A DNA stretch of 32,000 nucleotides from Candidatus Saccharimonadota bacterium (GCA_042852035.1 BAAFHK010000001.1:510001-542000); one strand, 5' to 3'. Positions 9,913-19,458 are shown, counted from the first letter of the stretch. The notes: generated by a model from the letters alone, not told the origin. A program made the numbers and translations.

Positions 9913-10486
9913 CCGCTCTATACTGATAAAAATTGCTTTTCCATACCCTTCTTCTATAATCTTTTCTCAACCAACACCACAATATAATACCACAGATGAT
10001 TTCAAGACTTCTTTCTTATCTTCTCGTTATTCATGTATTCCTTTTTGGAAGTATTTTTGGTTGTATAGAGGTATTACATACCTATCTTTGAAACAATGCA
10101 ACACCTCCCGTCGATCATTGCTGTACAGATAATCATAATGATAAGATACAATCTTGAACCACTCTTCAATATACACAAGAAGAATCGTATAAATTCATAC
10201 CATCTCTTTTCATAAAAACAGTCTTTGATTGGGATTATTCGGAAAATAGGGAGGTTATAGAAAAAAAGGTTGTAGCCCATATTGATAAACAAAGTCTCTT
10301 TTTTATAGAGACAGTGAGATTGCTACTCTAGGAGTAAGTATATTGATTTTTATATATTCATTTTGGGATTTTTATCATCCCTGTTTTTCAAGATACAATC
10401 TTCTTTAATAGGGAAAATATGAATGAATACCCTGATGATAGACTATAAAATATAACTAACCCTTATTCTTAATACTCATAAAAATT

Positions 10487-11095
10487 ATGAAAAAAATACT
10501 CTTTCTTTCTGTATTGATAAATATAACTATCCTTACCATCTTTGGATGAGCATACTATGGATGATATATTCCTCAATCGAAAGAAGCAAAAATAAAAGAC
10601 TTCTACGATACTGAAAATTATGTTCATGTCAGTCCTCATAGTATCCGAAAGGATATTATGCAATGAAAACAGAAGAAAATCTTGGTAGATCTCCGAAGTA
10701 ACGAAGAATACCAAACTTCACATATTGTAGGAGCAATAAATATTCCTGCATATAAGAACCCTGATGAGTCAGCATATGATGAAGTCAATCGTATTGTTGG
10801 AGAGTTTCAAAAACTTCCAAAAGACAAAGAAATTGTTGTCTATTGCTATAGCATTCCTTGTATGACAGGAAGAAAAATAGGAAAAATGCTCACAGAAAAT
10901 GGTATCTATGTGAAACATCTTGGTATCTGATGGAACGAATGGCGATATGACTGGGAAAGTTGGAATCATGAACTTGAATGGAAAAATACCAAAGTAGAGG
11001 AGTATATTTCATCTTGAAATGAGCCATGAACCTTTAGTGGATCAAATACTAGTATCTTTACTCCATGTAGTGCCAATGAAAATAGTGGGTGTTAA
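10487..11095 (+). CDS. Membrane-anchored rhodanese-domain protein
   Basis: ATG 10487 to TAA 11093-11095 with TGA = Gly (202 aa). N-terminal TM. Rhodanese-like LVDLRSNEEYQTSHIVGAINIP...EIVVYCYSIPCMTGRKIG...HLGI(G)WNEW. Cys-containing C-terminal tail. Confidence 0.75.
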
Positions 11096-11138
11096 ATCCA
11101 CGAGAAACCAATTATTATATTTTTTACTATAACTTTTT

Positions 11139-12041
11139 ATGCGACATCCAAATCTGGAAACCGAAGAAGCAACTTCTCAATATCCAAAATCGAACCATCC
11201 AAAAACACTGATTATATCACTTCTTATTGTCTCAATACTCGCAAGTGTTGGGTCATCATATTTCTTTTCAAAACAAGTTTCAAAAGAAGTAATAGAAAGC
11301 TATCTTGCTCTTGAATACAAAAAATCAGGTGGAAAAGAAAATTATGAACTTATTTCTGAAGCACAACGCCTTCAGCTTGAACAACAGATACCACAGATCC
11401 GTGAGTTTTTGAAAAATGGTGCATCTGCTAATCAGCAGGCTGGAGGACAAGAAGCTCCACCAAAAAAACTCTCCAAAGAAGAGCTTGCTTCTATTAAGAA
11501 AGATGCGTACATCGAAGGAAATAAAGAAGCAAAAATCACTCTCATCGAATATAGTGACCTTGAGTGTCCATTCTGTATCCGTCAATTCAAAGAAGGAACT
11601 ATAAAAAAAATTCATGAAAAATATGGAGATACTGTAAATTCTATCTTTAAGAATTTCCGTGGAGTACCACATGAAAATGCTGAGATCGAAGCAGTGGCTA
11701 CACTCTGTGCTGGACAGGTTGGAGGAACTGAAAAATATGCAAGCTATTACCAAGCCATTCTTGGGCGATCGAATGGTGGAAATGGAACTGGATTTAGTAA
11801 AGATGCCCTTGTGCCACTTGCCAAGGAATTTGGACTTGATATGAAAAAATTTCAATCATGTTTCGATGCGAAATCTACCCTTGCTCGATTTGATGCGGAA
11901 ACAACGGAAGGAAAGAAACTCGGCGTATCTGGTACTCCTGGAACAGTGATTATTAATAATGAAACTGGAGAATATGAACTTGTAGCTGGAGCATATCCAG
12001 TATCTGAATTTGAACGAGTTATTACTAAACTCCTGAAATAA
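11139..12041 (+). CDS. DsbA-family thiol:disulfide oxidoreductase, membrane anchored
   Basis: Intact 300-aa ORF under either genetic code. TM anchor, LIEYSDLECPFCIRQF (CPFC active site), C-terminal GVSGTPGTVIIN (cis-Pro loop). Confidence 0.85.
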   Translation: MRHPNLETEEATSQYPKSNHPKTLIISLLIVSILASVGSSYFFSKQVSKEVIESYLALEYKKSGGKENYELISEAQRLQLEQQIPQIREFLKNGASANQQAGGQEAPPKKLSKEELASIKKDAYIEGNKEAKITLIEYSDLECPFCIRQFKEGTIKKIHEKYGDTVNSIFKNFRGVPHENAEIEAVATLCAGQVGGTEKYASYYQAILGRSNGGNGTGFSKDALVPLAKEFGLDMKKFQSCFDAKSTLARFDAETTEGKKLGVSGTPGTVIINNETGEYELVAGAYPVSEFERVITKLLK

Positions 12042-12067
12042 CAGATACAAAACCCAATTGATGTATA

Positions 12068-12100
12068 CCTCATAATTCTATGATAGATAGAATTATGAGG
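12068..12100 (+). terminator. Long perfect hairpin after the first DsbA-like gene
   Basis: CCTCATAATTCTAT-gatag-ATAGAATTATGAGG, a 14-bp perfect stem, followed by ATCATCTTTT. Confidence 0.65.
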
Positions 12101-12134
12101 ATCATCTTTTAATATTTTAATCACCCACTTTTTT

Positions 12135-12806
12135 ATGAAAAAACTTCTTTTTATTATACCCGTACTTTTGCTTTTAGCATCTTGTACCAATAGTACTCCA
12201 TCAAAATCGTCTTCTTCTACAGATAATACACAAGTATCGTCTGTGGGTAATAGTTCTACATCTTCTGTTCCAAAAGAAAATAGAACTGTTCCAACGCCAT
12301 CATATGGCTCAGGAAATCATACTCTTGAGATATTTGCTGATTTTCAATGTCCTGCATGTCAGAATTTCTCCAAAACACTTGAGCCAATCTTCAAGAATTA
12401 TGCCGATAAGTGACAACTTATTATAAAATACCGCCAATTCCCACTCGATATGCACAAGAACGCCTTTCGTGATGCTATGATAGCACTGTGTGGAGCAGAA
12501 CAAGGAAAGTATATGCAAGCCAAAACCGCTCTCTATGCTTTAGAAACAATGAAATCATGAGGAAAAGTGTCAGATACTGAGCGTATCGATACTCTCACAA
12601 AAGCGTGACTCGATAAAGAGAAAATAAGTAGTTGTCTCACCTCAGAAGCATTTAAGGGGCAAGTAGAATCCGATCTCGCATATGGTGAATGACTTCGTGT
12701 AGATGGTACTCCATCGCTATTTCTTGATGGAAAAAAGATAGATATGTCAGTATTTAAAGATAAAGATTGATTTACATCATTTTTAGATACACTTCTGACA
12801 AAATAA
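12135..12806 (+). CDS. DsbA-family lipoprotein (CPAC active site)
   Basis: ATG 12135 to TAA 12804-12806 with five TGA as Gly (223 aa). Lipobox LLASC, S/T-rich linker, EIFADFQCPACQNF, ...RVDGTPSLFLDGKK. Confidence 0.85.
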
Positions 12807-12824
12807 TCATAACTTTCTAAAAGT

Positions 12825-13178
12825 ATGTTGTACCTCATCTTCAAATACTGTATTACTGCGTGAGTGATTGTAGCTGTATCTGAACTGGCAAAAGCATCAG
12901 ATAAAGTCGGAGCACTTATTGTATCACTTCCTCTTATTACCATACTTACCCTTATCTGGATACATATAGATGGATGAGGTGTAGCAAAAGAGGCAAATCA
13001 TGCATACTATACCTTTTGGTATGTGCTTCCGACACTTCCTATGTTTCTTGTTTTTCCGACACTATTAGAGCGATTTGGTTTCTGGATAGCACTCCTTCTT
13101 GCTTGTTTGATGACTATTGCTATTTTCTTTCCTTATACCTTCTTCTTGAAGCACTTCTGAATAAATCTTCTTCCATAA
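12825..13178 (+). CDS. Small integral membrane protein (possibly DUF3147-like)
   Basis: ATG 12825 to TAA 13176-13178 with TGA = Gly (117 aa). About four hydrophobic segments. The family assignment is a weak recollection only. Confidence 0.5.
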
Positions 13179-13192
13179 CCTTGTATATACTC

Positions 13193-14116
13193 ATGTCTCA
13201 TTCCCACAAACATCACGACCACAGCAGTCATAGTAACCATAGTCATTCTCACGGAGTATCAGATATTTCCACGGCATTTTTTATTGCCATAACGATCAAT
13301 ATTATTTTTGTTGCCATTGAAGTCTTTTTTGGTATTCGAGTGCATTCCCTTGCTCTTCTTTCTGATGCAGGACACAATGGAATGGATGTACTTAATCTAA
13401 TCTTCTCTGGAATTGCTCTGTGGCTTTCTAAAAAAAGAAACACTATCACTTATACCTATGGATACAAGCGAGCCAGTATATTTTCCGCTTTTATCAATTC
13501 CGTGCTTCTTGTAGTCACTGCTTTATATCTGATATTTGAGGCAATAAATAGAATGTTCACACCTGTTGAAACGGTTGGAACTACTATGATGATAGTCGCA
13601 AGTATGGGTATATTGGTGAATGGTATTTCTGGGTGGTTGTTGATGCGATGAGGAAGTGAAGACATCAATATAAAATCTGCGTATCTTCATTTACTCGGTG
13701 ATGCTCTGGTGTCTCTCGGGGTAGTTATCGGAGGTGCGATTATCTATTTTACAGGATATACCGTTGTTGATCCGATTATCTCTATCATTGTTTCAATGGT
13801 GATGATTATGAGTGTTATCAGTCTTTTGAAGCGGAGTATCCGAATGAATTTCGATGGTGTGCCAATGAATATAGATATTGAAGAAATAACAGAAGAATTA
13901 CGTGAAATAGATGGAATTACAGATGTTCACCATATTCATATCTGGTCACTTTCTACTACAGAAAATGCTCTTACGGCACATATAGTTCTCAAACAATGAG
14001 TAAATGAAAAAGAAATCAAGGACACTATCCGACATCATCTTGAAGATGAAAATATCCACCATACCACGCTTGAAACAGAATATGAAAAATGTAGCAACGA
14101 AAATTGCGATTGTTAA
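13193..14116 (+). CDS. czcD: Cation diffusion facilitator (CzcD/ZitB-type Zn/Co/Cd exporter)
   Basis: ATG 13193 to TAA 14114-14116 (307 aa). His-rich N-terminus MSHSHKHHDHSSHSNHSHSHG. CDF motifs LLSDAGHNGMDV, YGYKRA, AYLHLLGDALVSLGV. C-terminal domain VHHIHIWSLS and a Cys-rich end CSNENCDC. Confidence 0.9.
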
Positions 14117-14261
14117 AACCTAATATCTGAGAGTTATATCTTTCGTCTTTACTCAAAAACTCTTTCCTAAGTTTCTAGAGACACAGCTCTATCAAACATA
14201 CTTCTTTCGGTAATGTGGATAGTTTGCCTAGTAAGCATATTAGGATACCCTTTCAGCACTT

Positions 14262-14538
14262 CGATTTGACAAATAAAATATTTGAATATGATACGCCCAC
14301 TAGGTGTCCCATTTGTCTCATTTTGAGTCCAGTTCCGAGATGACCTAGATGCTAGAAGTCATATTTCTAGTAACCCACTCTGGGTCTCGCCAAGGTTTGG
14401 TGGAGTACCAAGGTGTCCAGCCATAAAAAATCGAGCTCGCAGACCATGTTGCCTGCGTTTCACATAACACTCAGTTTCCGACATAAAACGCGAAGGAACT
14501 CTCCAAATCGGAGAGTTCCTTCCTTTTTTGATATCTTG
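14262..14538 (+). repeat. Copy A of a ~275-bp conserved noncoding element (promoter-to-terminator unit; candidate sRNA)
   Basis: Hand alignment to 16381-16657 gives roughly 80-85% identity with two 1-nt indels. It starts with TTGACA (14266-14271) and TTTGAATATGAT and ends in a strong intrinsic terminator. The segment looks more GC-rich than its surroundings. Substitutions show no 3-nt periodicity. Confidence 0.85.
14492..14529 (+). terminator. Intrinsic terminator closing element copy A
   Basis: GAAGGAACTCTCC-aaatc-GGAGAGTTCCTTC (13-bp perfect stem) followed by CTTTTTT. Confidence 0.8.
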
Positions 14539-14633
14539 TGGTTATATATATGTCCTTGTTTCTAGAGTTTCTTGGATTCGAACTTTTTAGGGTATGCTAC
14601 TTTTAGCTATAGCCAATTAGATTCTAAGTCCAA

Positions 14634-16271
14634 TTATTTGCCTTTTACAATAGAATCAATCCAATCTGTAAGATCATTTGTATCATAATCACCACTATGA
14701 GGCTGTCACCATGAAATAGCATAATCTGCATTAAATCATTTATTTCTGAGATACGTTGCGAGGATGAGAGATATAGCAGTCGATGTATCACTATCTTTTG
14801 ACCCTACGCGTATCCTCCAGTATTTGCTCGTATTTGCATTCTCAGAACCTATATAGTTCATTGGATTCATCATTTTTATGATCTGAGTATCTGCCATCGT
14901 ACCACTCACAGTACCATTATTCATACCAAATAATGTAAAATGTTTGGCATTGATAGAATCATCACCGAAAAGATTGTTCTCACCAGTACTGAGATCGACA
15001 CCATCGAATGCTGGAGTCGTCTTCATACGACCAAGTGCCTGGACGAATCCATCAAAATCTATACCTGTTACTTTTTTATCCTCAACAGTAAGATATGAAT
15101 ATGAAGATAGATCTGATCCGTTATCGAGAGCTTTTTGTGCTGATGAAATGATAGATTTCTCGAGATATGTCTTAAAAGTACCATTACCATCTGCGTTCAG
15201 AGCAAGAATTGTACCGGAATCATCTGTCAATCCAAGTGAATTAATATATTCTGGAAATAGCTTTGTAAGCTTTTTTGATAACTCTATCTGACTATCTGTC
15301 ATAGTACCATTACCACCCCTACCTGTGTAGTTATATATACCATCAAATAACCATTCATATGCCATATCTGCGTTATCGAGATTGGTGATCGGACAGTATG
15401 CAGAAACTGCAAACACTGATGTCGATGCATCTGCAGCACCAATTTCGCGAAGATACTGAAGATAGTCAGGATTATCGCCTGTTGCACCGAGAAGTGATGA
15501 CATAGCACCACCTGCAGATGTTCCATTTGAGATGATTTTATTAGAGTCTCCAGGTATTTTGACATCATTATAATGAAGATATGCGACAGCTGCCTTGAGG
15601 TCTACGATACCTGCAGGAGCTTTACCTGTATACTTGCCATTTGTATCCTGAATTGTACGACCACGAGCACCAGGACTCGCGACGATATATCACTTTGATA
15701 ATGCAACCTTAATAGCAGAATTCGCATCACCCGACGGTCTCACTTGGGGCATCATTCAGCCTGATGTATTCATCGATACTTGCCCACTCATTTGTCATAT
15801 ATTCTGCGAATTATTCATTCAAGATCAAGACATACTAGTTCTACCCATCATACCACCCATATTACTGGCATCTACAGTTCCTGGTTCTGCTGGCATATAG
15901 CCTCAGACTTTATTTGGGAGAAATATTGGTGCTGTATCGATAGTATATCCATTTATCGTTTGACCAGAAAAATATGCCTCAGGAATATAGATGTTCATAG
16001 ACTGATATTTCGTATCCACTGGCTTACTTACATAGACGATATTTTCATATGCACGATACGGGATAGTTTCACCACTGAAAGTAAAAGTTTTGTGAGTATA
16101 TTTTTGAGTATCGAAATCAAGACTATAAGTAGATGGATTTTCTGTAGCTCCAGACTGAGTCGATACAACATCAGTACTTATAGAGGTATGGGAAGCATCA
16201 TTCGTACAGCTAGAAAGTCATATAGTGGCGATGCCTAAAAAAAGATAGGCGGATTTTTGAGGAAAATTCAT
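14634..16271 (-). CDS. Tannase-like (subtype B tannase/feruloyl esterase family) alpha/beta-hydrolase lipoprotein
   Basis: Minus strand, ATG (cat 16269-16271) to TAA (14634-14636), with many TGA as Gly (545 aa). Lipobox I(G)LSSC. Nucleophile elbow GTSAGG in IISNGTSAGGAMSSLLGATGDNPDYL...VFAVSAYCPITNLDNADMAYEW, recalled as typical of Lactobacillus-type tannases. Met/Gly/Ser-rich insert NMGGMMGRTSMSGSGMNNSQNIGQMSGQVSMNTSGGMM. Confidence 0.75.
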
Positions 16272-16380
16272 GAGAATACAAGTAAAGAAATTATAAGACA
16301 TATAGAATATGGACCTCCATGATGGAAACATATCATAAACAGATGATACAGTAATTAGGTAAAAGCAAGGTAAGAAATAA

Positions 16381-16657
16381 GATATTAATAACTAAAATAT
16401 TTGAATATACTACGCCCATTAGGTGTCCCCTTTGTCTCATTTTGACTCCAGTTCCGGAATGACCTAGATCCTAGAAGCCATATTTGTCGTCATCCACTCT
16501 GGGTCTCGCCAACGTTTGCTAGAGGACTAAGGTGTTCAGTCATATAAAAACAAGCTCGAGGGGCCATGTTTCCGGCGTTTCACATGATACTCAGTTTCCA
16601 ACAAAAACACGAAGGAATTCTCCGATTTGAAGAGTTTTCTTTCTCTTTTATATCTTC
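16381..16657 (+). repeat. Copy B of the ~275-bp conserved noncoding element
   Basis: Same orientation as copy A. Carries TTTGAATATACT and conserved blocks TACGCCCAyTAGGTGTCCC, CCAGTTCCG, ATGACCTAGAT, CCACTCTGGGTCTCGCCAA, GCGTTTCACAT, ACTCAGTTTCC. The terminal hairpin is weaker (GAAGGAATTCTC...GAAGAGTTTTCTTTC) and is followed by TCTTTT. 7-bp inverted ends: AAGATAT (16379-16385) and ATATCTT (16650-16656). Confidence 0.85.
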
Positions 16658-16674
16658 ATGAGAAGTTTTTTACT

Positions 16675-16705
16675 TTGACAAAAAGATTGATATTCATATA
16701 TTCAT
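16675..16705 (+). promoter_or_regulatory. Promoter of the fur-family/COG0523 operon with tandem ATATTCAT repeats (candidate autoregulatory box)
   Basis: TTGACA (16675-16680), 16-nt spacer, TATATT (16697-16702). ATATTCAT-ATATTCAT (16690-16705) overlaps the -10. The gene start lies 28 nt downstream. Confidence 0.5.
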
Positions 16706-16732
16706 TCAAATATTTGATACTAAGTCTCAATT

Positions 16733-17131
16733 ATGGATATTGAATCACTTCTCAAGTCTCATGGAAAAAGCATCACAAAAGAGAGAATAGAACTATACGA
16801 ATGAATCCAAAACTTACACCTCTTCCAAGCAAGTGATCTCACAGAGAAATTTCCACACATAGGACGTGCCAGCATCTTCCGTGTTCTCAATCTCTTTGTA
16901 GATATTGGAATTCTCAGAAAATTGATCCTCGACGATAGATGAGACTTTTATGAGCTTGAAGAGCAGTCACACCATGAACATTTTGAATGCAAGAGTTGTC
17001 ATACAGTCTTTCACTTTGATGCTCGATCTATCTGCAAAATGCTTGAATATCTCGCAAAAAAACAGTGATTTCTTCTTAAAAATCATCAAATCCTCCTCTC
17101 TTGAGTCTGTCCAAATTGTAACCAACATTAA
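16733..17131 (+). CDS. Fur-family metalloregulator (Zur-like)
   Basis: ATG 16733 to TAA 17129-17131 with four TGA as Gly (132 aa). wHTH ...GRASIFRVLNLFVDIGIL, metal-site HHEHFEC, structural Zn pairs CKSC and CPNC. Zur is inferred only from the adjacent COG0523 gene. Confidence 0.8.
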
Positions 17132-17133
17132 TC

Positions 17134-18336
17134 ATGCAAAAACTCATTCCCGTCACCGTACTTTCCTGATTCCTCTGAAGCGGAAAAACCACTCTCCTCA
17201 AACATATCCTCGAAAATCGAGAATGACTCAAAGTGGCTCTCATCGTCAATGATATGGCAGAGATTAATGTCGATGCCAATCTTATCAAAGATGGAATTGA
17301 ACTCTCGCAAACAGAAGAAAAACTGGTAGAAATGTCGAATGGTTGCGTATGTTGCACCCTTCGTGAAGACCTCCTCATCGAGGTTAAGCGCCTTGCAGAA
17401 GCAAATAAATATGATGCTATTATTGTGGAGTCAACTTGAGTTGGAGAACCTGTTCCTATTGCTCAGACTTTTTCTTATGTTGATGAAGAAAGTGGTATTG
17501 ACCTCTCAAAACTTGTCAGACTTGATACTATGGTAACAGTTGTGGATGCAAAGGAGTTTTTGAAGAATTTTTCTACTGCCGAAGCACTTAAAGATAGAGC
17601 ATGGGAAGCAACTCCGGAAGATGATAGAACTATTGTAGACCTCCTTGTAGAACAAGTTGAGTTCTGTGATGTACTCATCGTCAATAAGATATCTGGAATA
17701 TTAGAAGAAGAAAAAACTACTCTCAGAGCCATACTCAAGTGACTTCAGCCAACAGCAGAATATATAGAAACTGACTGGGGTAAGGTAGATATAGATCGCG
17801 TGATCGATACTGGATTATTCTCTATGGAGAAGGCAGAAAATAGCACTCTCTGGATGCGAGAACTCCAGTCATGATGACATAAAAATCATACACCAGAAAC
17901 AGAAGAATATGGAATTTCTTCATTTATCTACCGTCGAAATAAGCCATTTCATCCTGAAAGATTTCTCTCTCTTGCTAATAGGGAATGGGCTGGTGTTATC
18001 CGCTCAAAATGACTCTTCTGGCTCGCAAGCCGTAATAATCTCGCAGGAAGCTGGGGGCAGGCAGGAGGATCTGTACGAGTCGACCCTGCATGAAGCTGGC
18101 TCTCTGCGCTCCCGAAGGAACAACTCGCCCTCTATCCAGAATATCAGGCTGAACTCCTTGATTTTAAGGATTTCCCTTACCACGATAGAAGACAAGAACT
18201 CGTGATTATAACAATTCGATGAAACCAAAAAGAGATAGAAAACATGCTCGATGCGGCCCTTCTTACGGATGAAGAGATGCTCGCATGACCTGAGACCTGG
18301 AAGACATACCATGATGGATTTCCAAAGTGGAATTAA
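17134..18336 (+). CDS. COG0523 (CobW/YjiA/ZigA-type) G3E GTPase, putative zinc metallochaperone
   Basis: ATG 17134 (2 nt after the fur stop) to TAA 18334-18336 (400 aa). Walker A S(G)FL(G)SGKTTLL with TGA at 17167-17169 and 17176-17178. GCVCC metal motif, [17 protein letters not shown], CobW C-terminal domain. Confidence 0.9.
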
Positions 18337-18484
18337 CTATAAATATCACTAAAATAACATGAGGATAGCATTCGTCTGAAAAGGAAGAAGTGGATAAACC
18401 ACACTGACTACGTCTTATGCAAAGTGTCTCATCTATACAAAATGACTAATAGTTTATAACTAAATGACTTCTTTATATTTAAAA

Positions 18485-18510
18485 AAATCCATCTCTTTCG
18501 AGATGGATTT
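18485..18510. terminator. Bidirectional terminator between convergent genes
   Basis: AAATCCATCTC-tttc-GAGATGGATTT, flanked by an A-run on the left and a T-run on the right. Confidence 0.75.
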
Positions 18511-18513
18511 TTC

Positions 18514-19362
18514 TTATAAGCCAGAAAGTATTCCTTCTATTTCTGTTGTATCCTCTTCTACGTATTGATTTTTCATCTGATTGAGCCTTTCTATCATATA
18601 TGAGCACATCTTTTTTACGCTTGCTGACTGAGTCTTTTGAGCTAAATTCGTATATCTTTCTATCGCTTTAGCGATAATACTTGCCTTATCTGAAGAACTA
18701 ATCTCTCGCTTATCGAGACTCTTCTGAAAATTAAGAAGTAGGGTATCAAGTCGTTTTTTGAGAGCGTTCGTTGTTATAGTATTCTGCGGTTCTTTTTTAG
18801 GTTCAAGTTGTGTTTGCTTTTGAGGCTCCTTTTTGGGTTCAGGCTGTTTCTGAGGTTCATTGACTGGCTTTGGAGGAACTTGTTGTTCAGGTTGTTGTTT
18901 TACTGGTTCAGAAGGTTTTTGTGATGGCGCTGGAGGAACTTCTGATTTTTGAGACTCCTTCGATGTAACTACGACATTACTACAGTAGCGAGGTCTCAGT
19001 CCTGTAGAATTCGAATCATAGATTGCACAGACTCTGTAGTAGGTCTTTCCATAGAGCGGATTCGTATCGGTAAATGTCGAGAATCCCACCTCCGAAGAAT
19101 ATCAGATATATCCATCATCAGGATACACTGGGGTAGCATTTCTTTCTGATCGGACAATCTTATAATAATTGAATCATTCTGGTTTTTGCTTTGCTACCGG
19201 TGTCCATTGTAGGATTACTGTATTATCGACCATCTTCGCCTGAAGAGCGAATTGAGAATTCGTTTCTGCAGGAGCAAATACCGCATCACTTGAGCCTTCG
19301 TTAGCAGAAGCAGTAAGGGCACCCATAACAAAAAGAAGTACCGAGAACAATATCTTTTTCAT
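18514..19362 (-). CDS. Secreted protein: FN3-like domain, Pro/Gln/Lys-rich linker, helical C-terminal domain
   Basis: Minus strand, ATG 19360-19362 to TAA 18514-18516 with TGA 19174-19176 and 19102-19104 as Gly (282 aa). Signal peptide MKKILFSVLLFVMGALTASA. LQWTPV...YYKIVRS...YYRVCAIY (FN3-like). PPAPSQKPSEPVKQQPEQQVPPKPVNEPQKQPEPKKEPQK. Confidence 0.7.
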
Positions 19363-19458
19363 AGAGAAAATAATTAAAAAAGTAGAATTATTTTATCAAG
19401 ATTCGATGAAAATCAATACATTCCCCCTCGCTATGAAGGTTTTGGATAGACGTTTAAA

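Noticed and set aside
10074-10280. 68-aa minus-strand ORF (MGYNLFFYNLPIF...CCIVSKIGM) as a gene
   Set aside because: No recognisable family and unusual composition. It is mentioned under findings only as part of the gene-poor interval.
14289-14468. 59-codon ORF (with TGA = Gly) inside repeat copy A, and a ~100-codon ORF on its minus strand (about 14176-14477)
   Set aside because: Copy B lacks the ATG and has 1-nt indels that break both frames. Substitutions between the copies are spread evenly over codon phases (7/6/9). The predicted peptides are Arg/Pro-rich, unlike the rest of the proteome. The open frames are expected by chance in a GC-richer segment when only TAA and TAG are stops.
14293-14529. 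Identification of the repeat element as a known RNA (SRP/4.5S, tmRNA, 6S, RNase P, T-box, cobalamin or NiCo/czcD riboswitch)
   Set aside because: None of the conserved cores I can recall is present on either strand (SRP domain IV GGAA loop context, tRNA-like T-arm of tmRNA, RNase P GGAAAGUCC, T-box sequence, B12 box). This is a memory-based check only and needs cmscan.
14566-14590. tRNA-like T-loop sequence GGATTCGAAC
   Set aside because: No complementary T-stem, acceptor stem or anticodon arm can be drawn on either strand. It is an isolated chance match.
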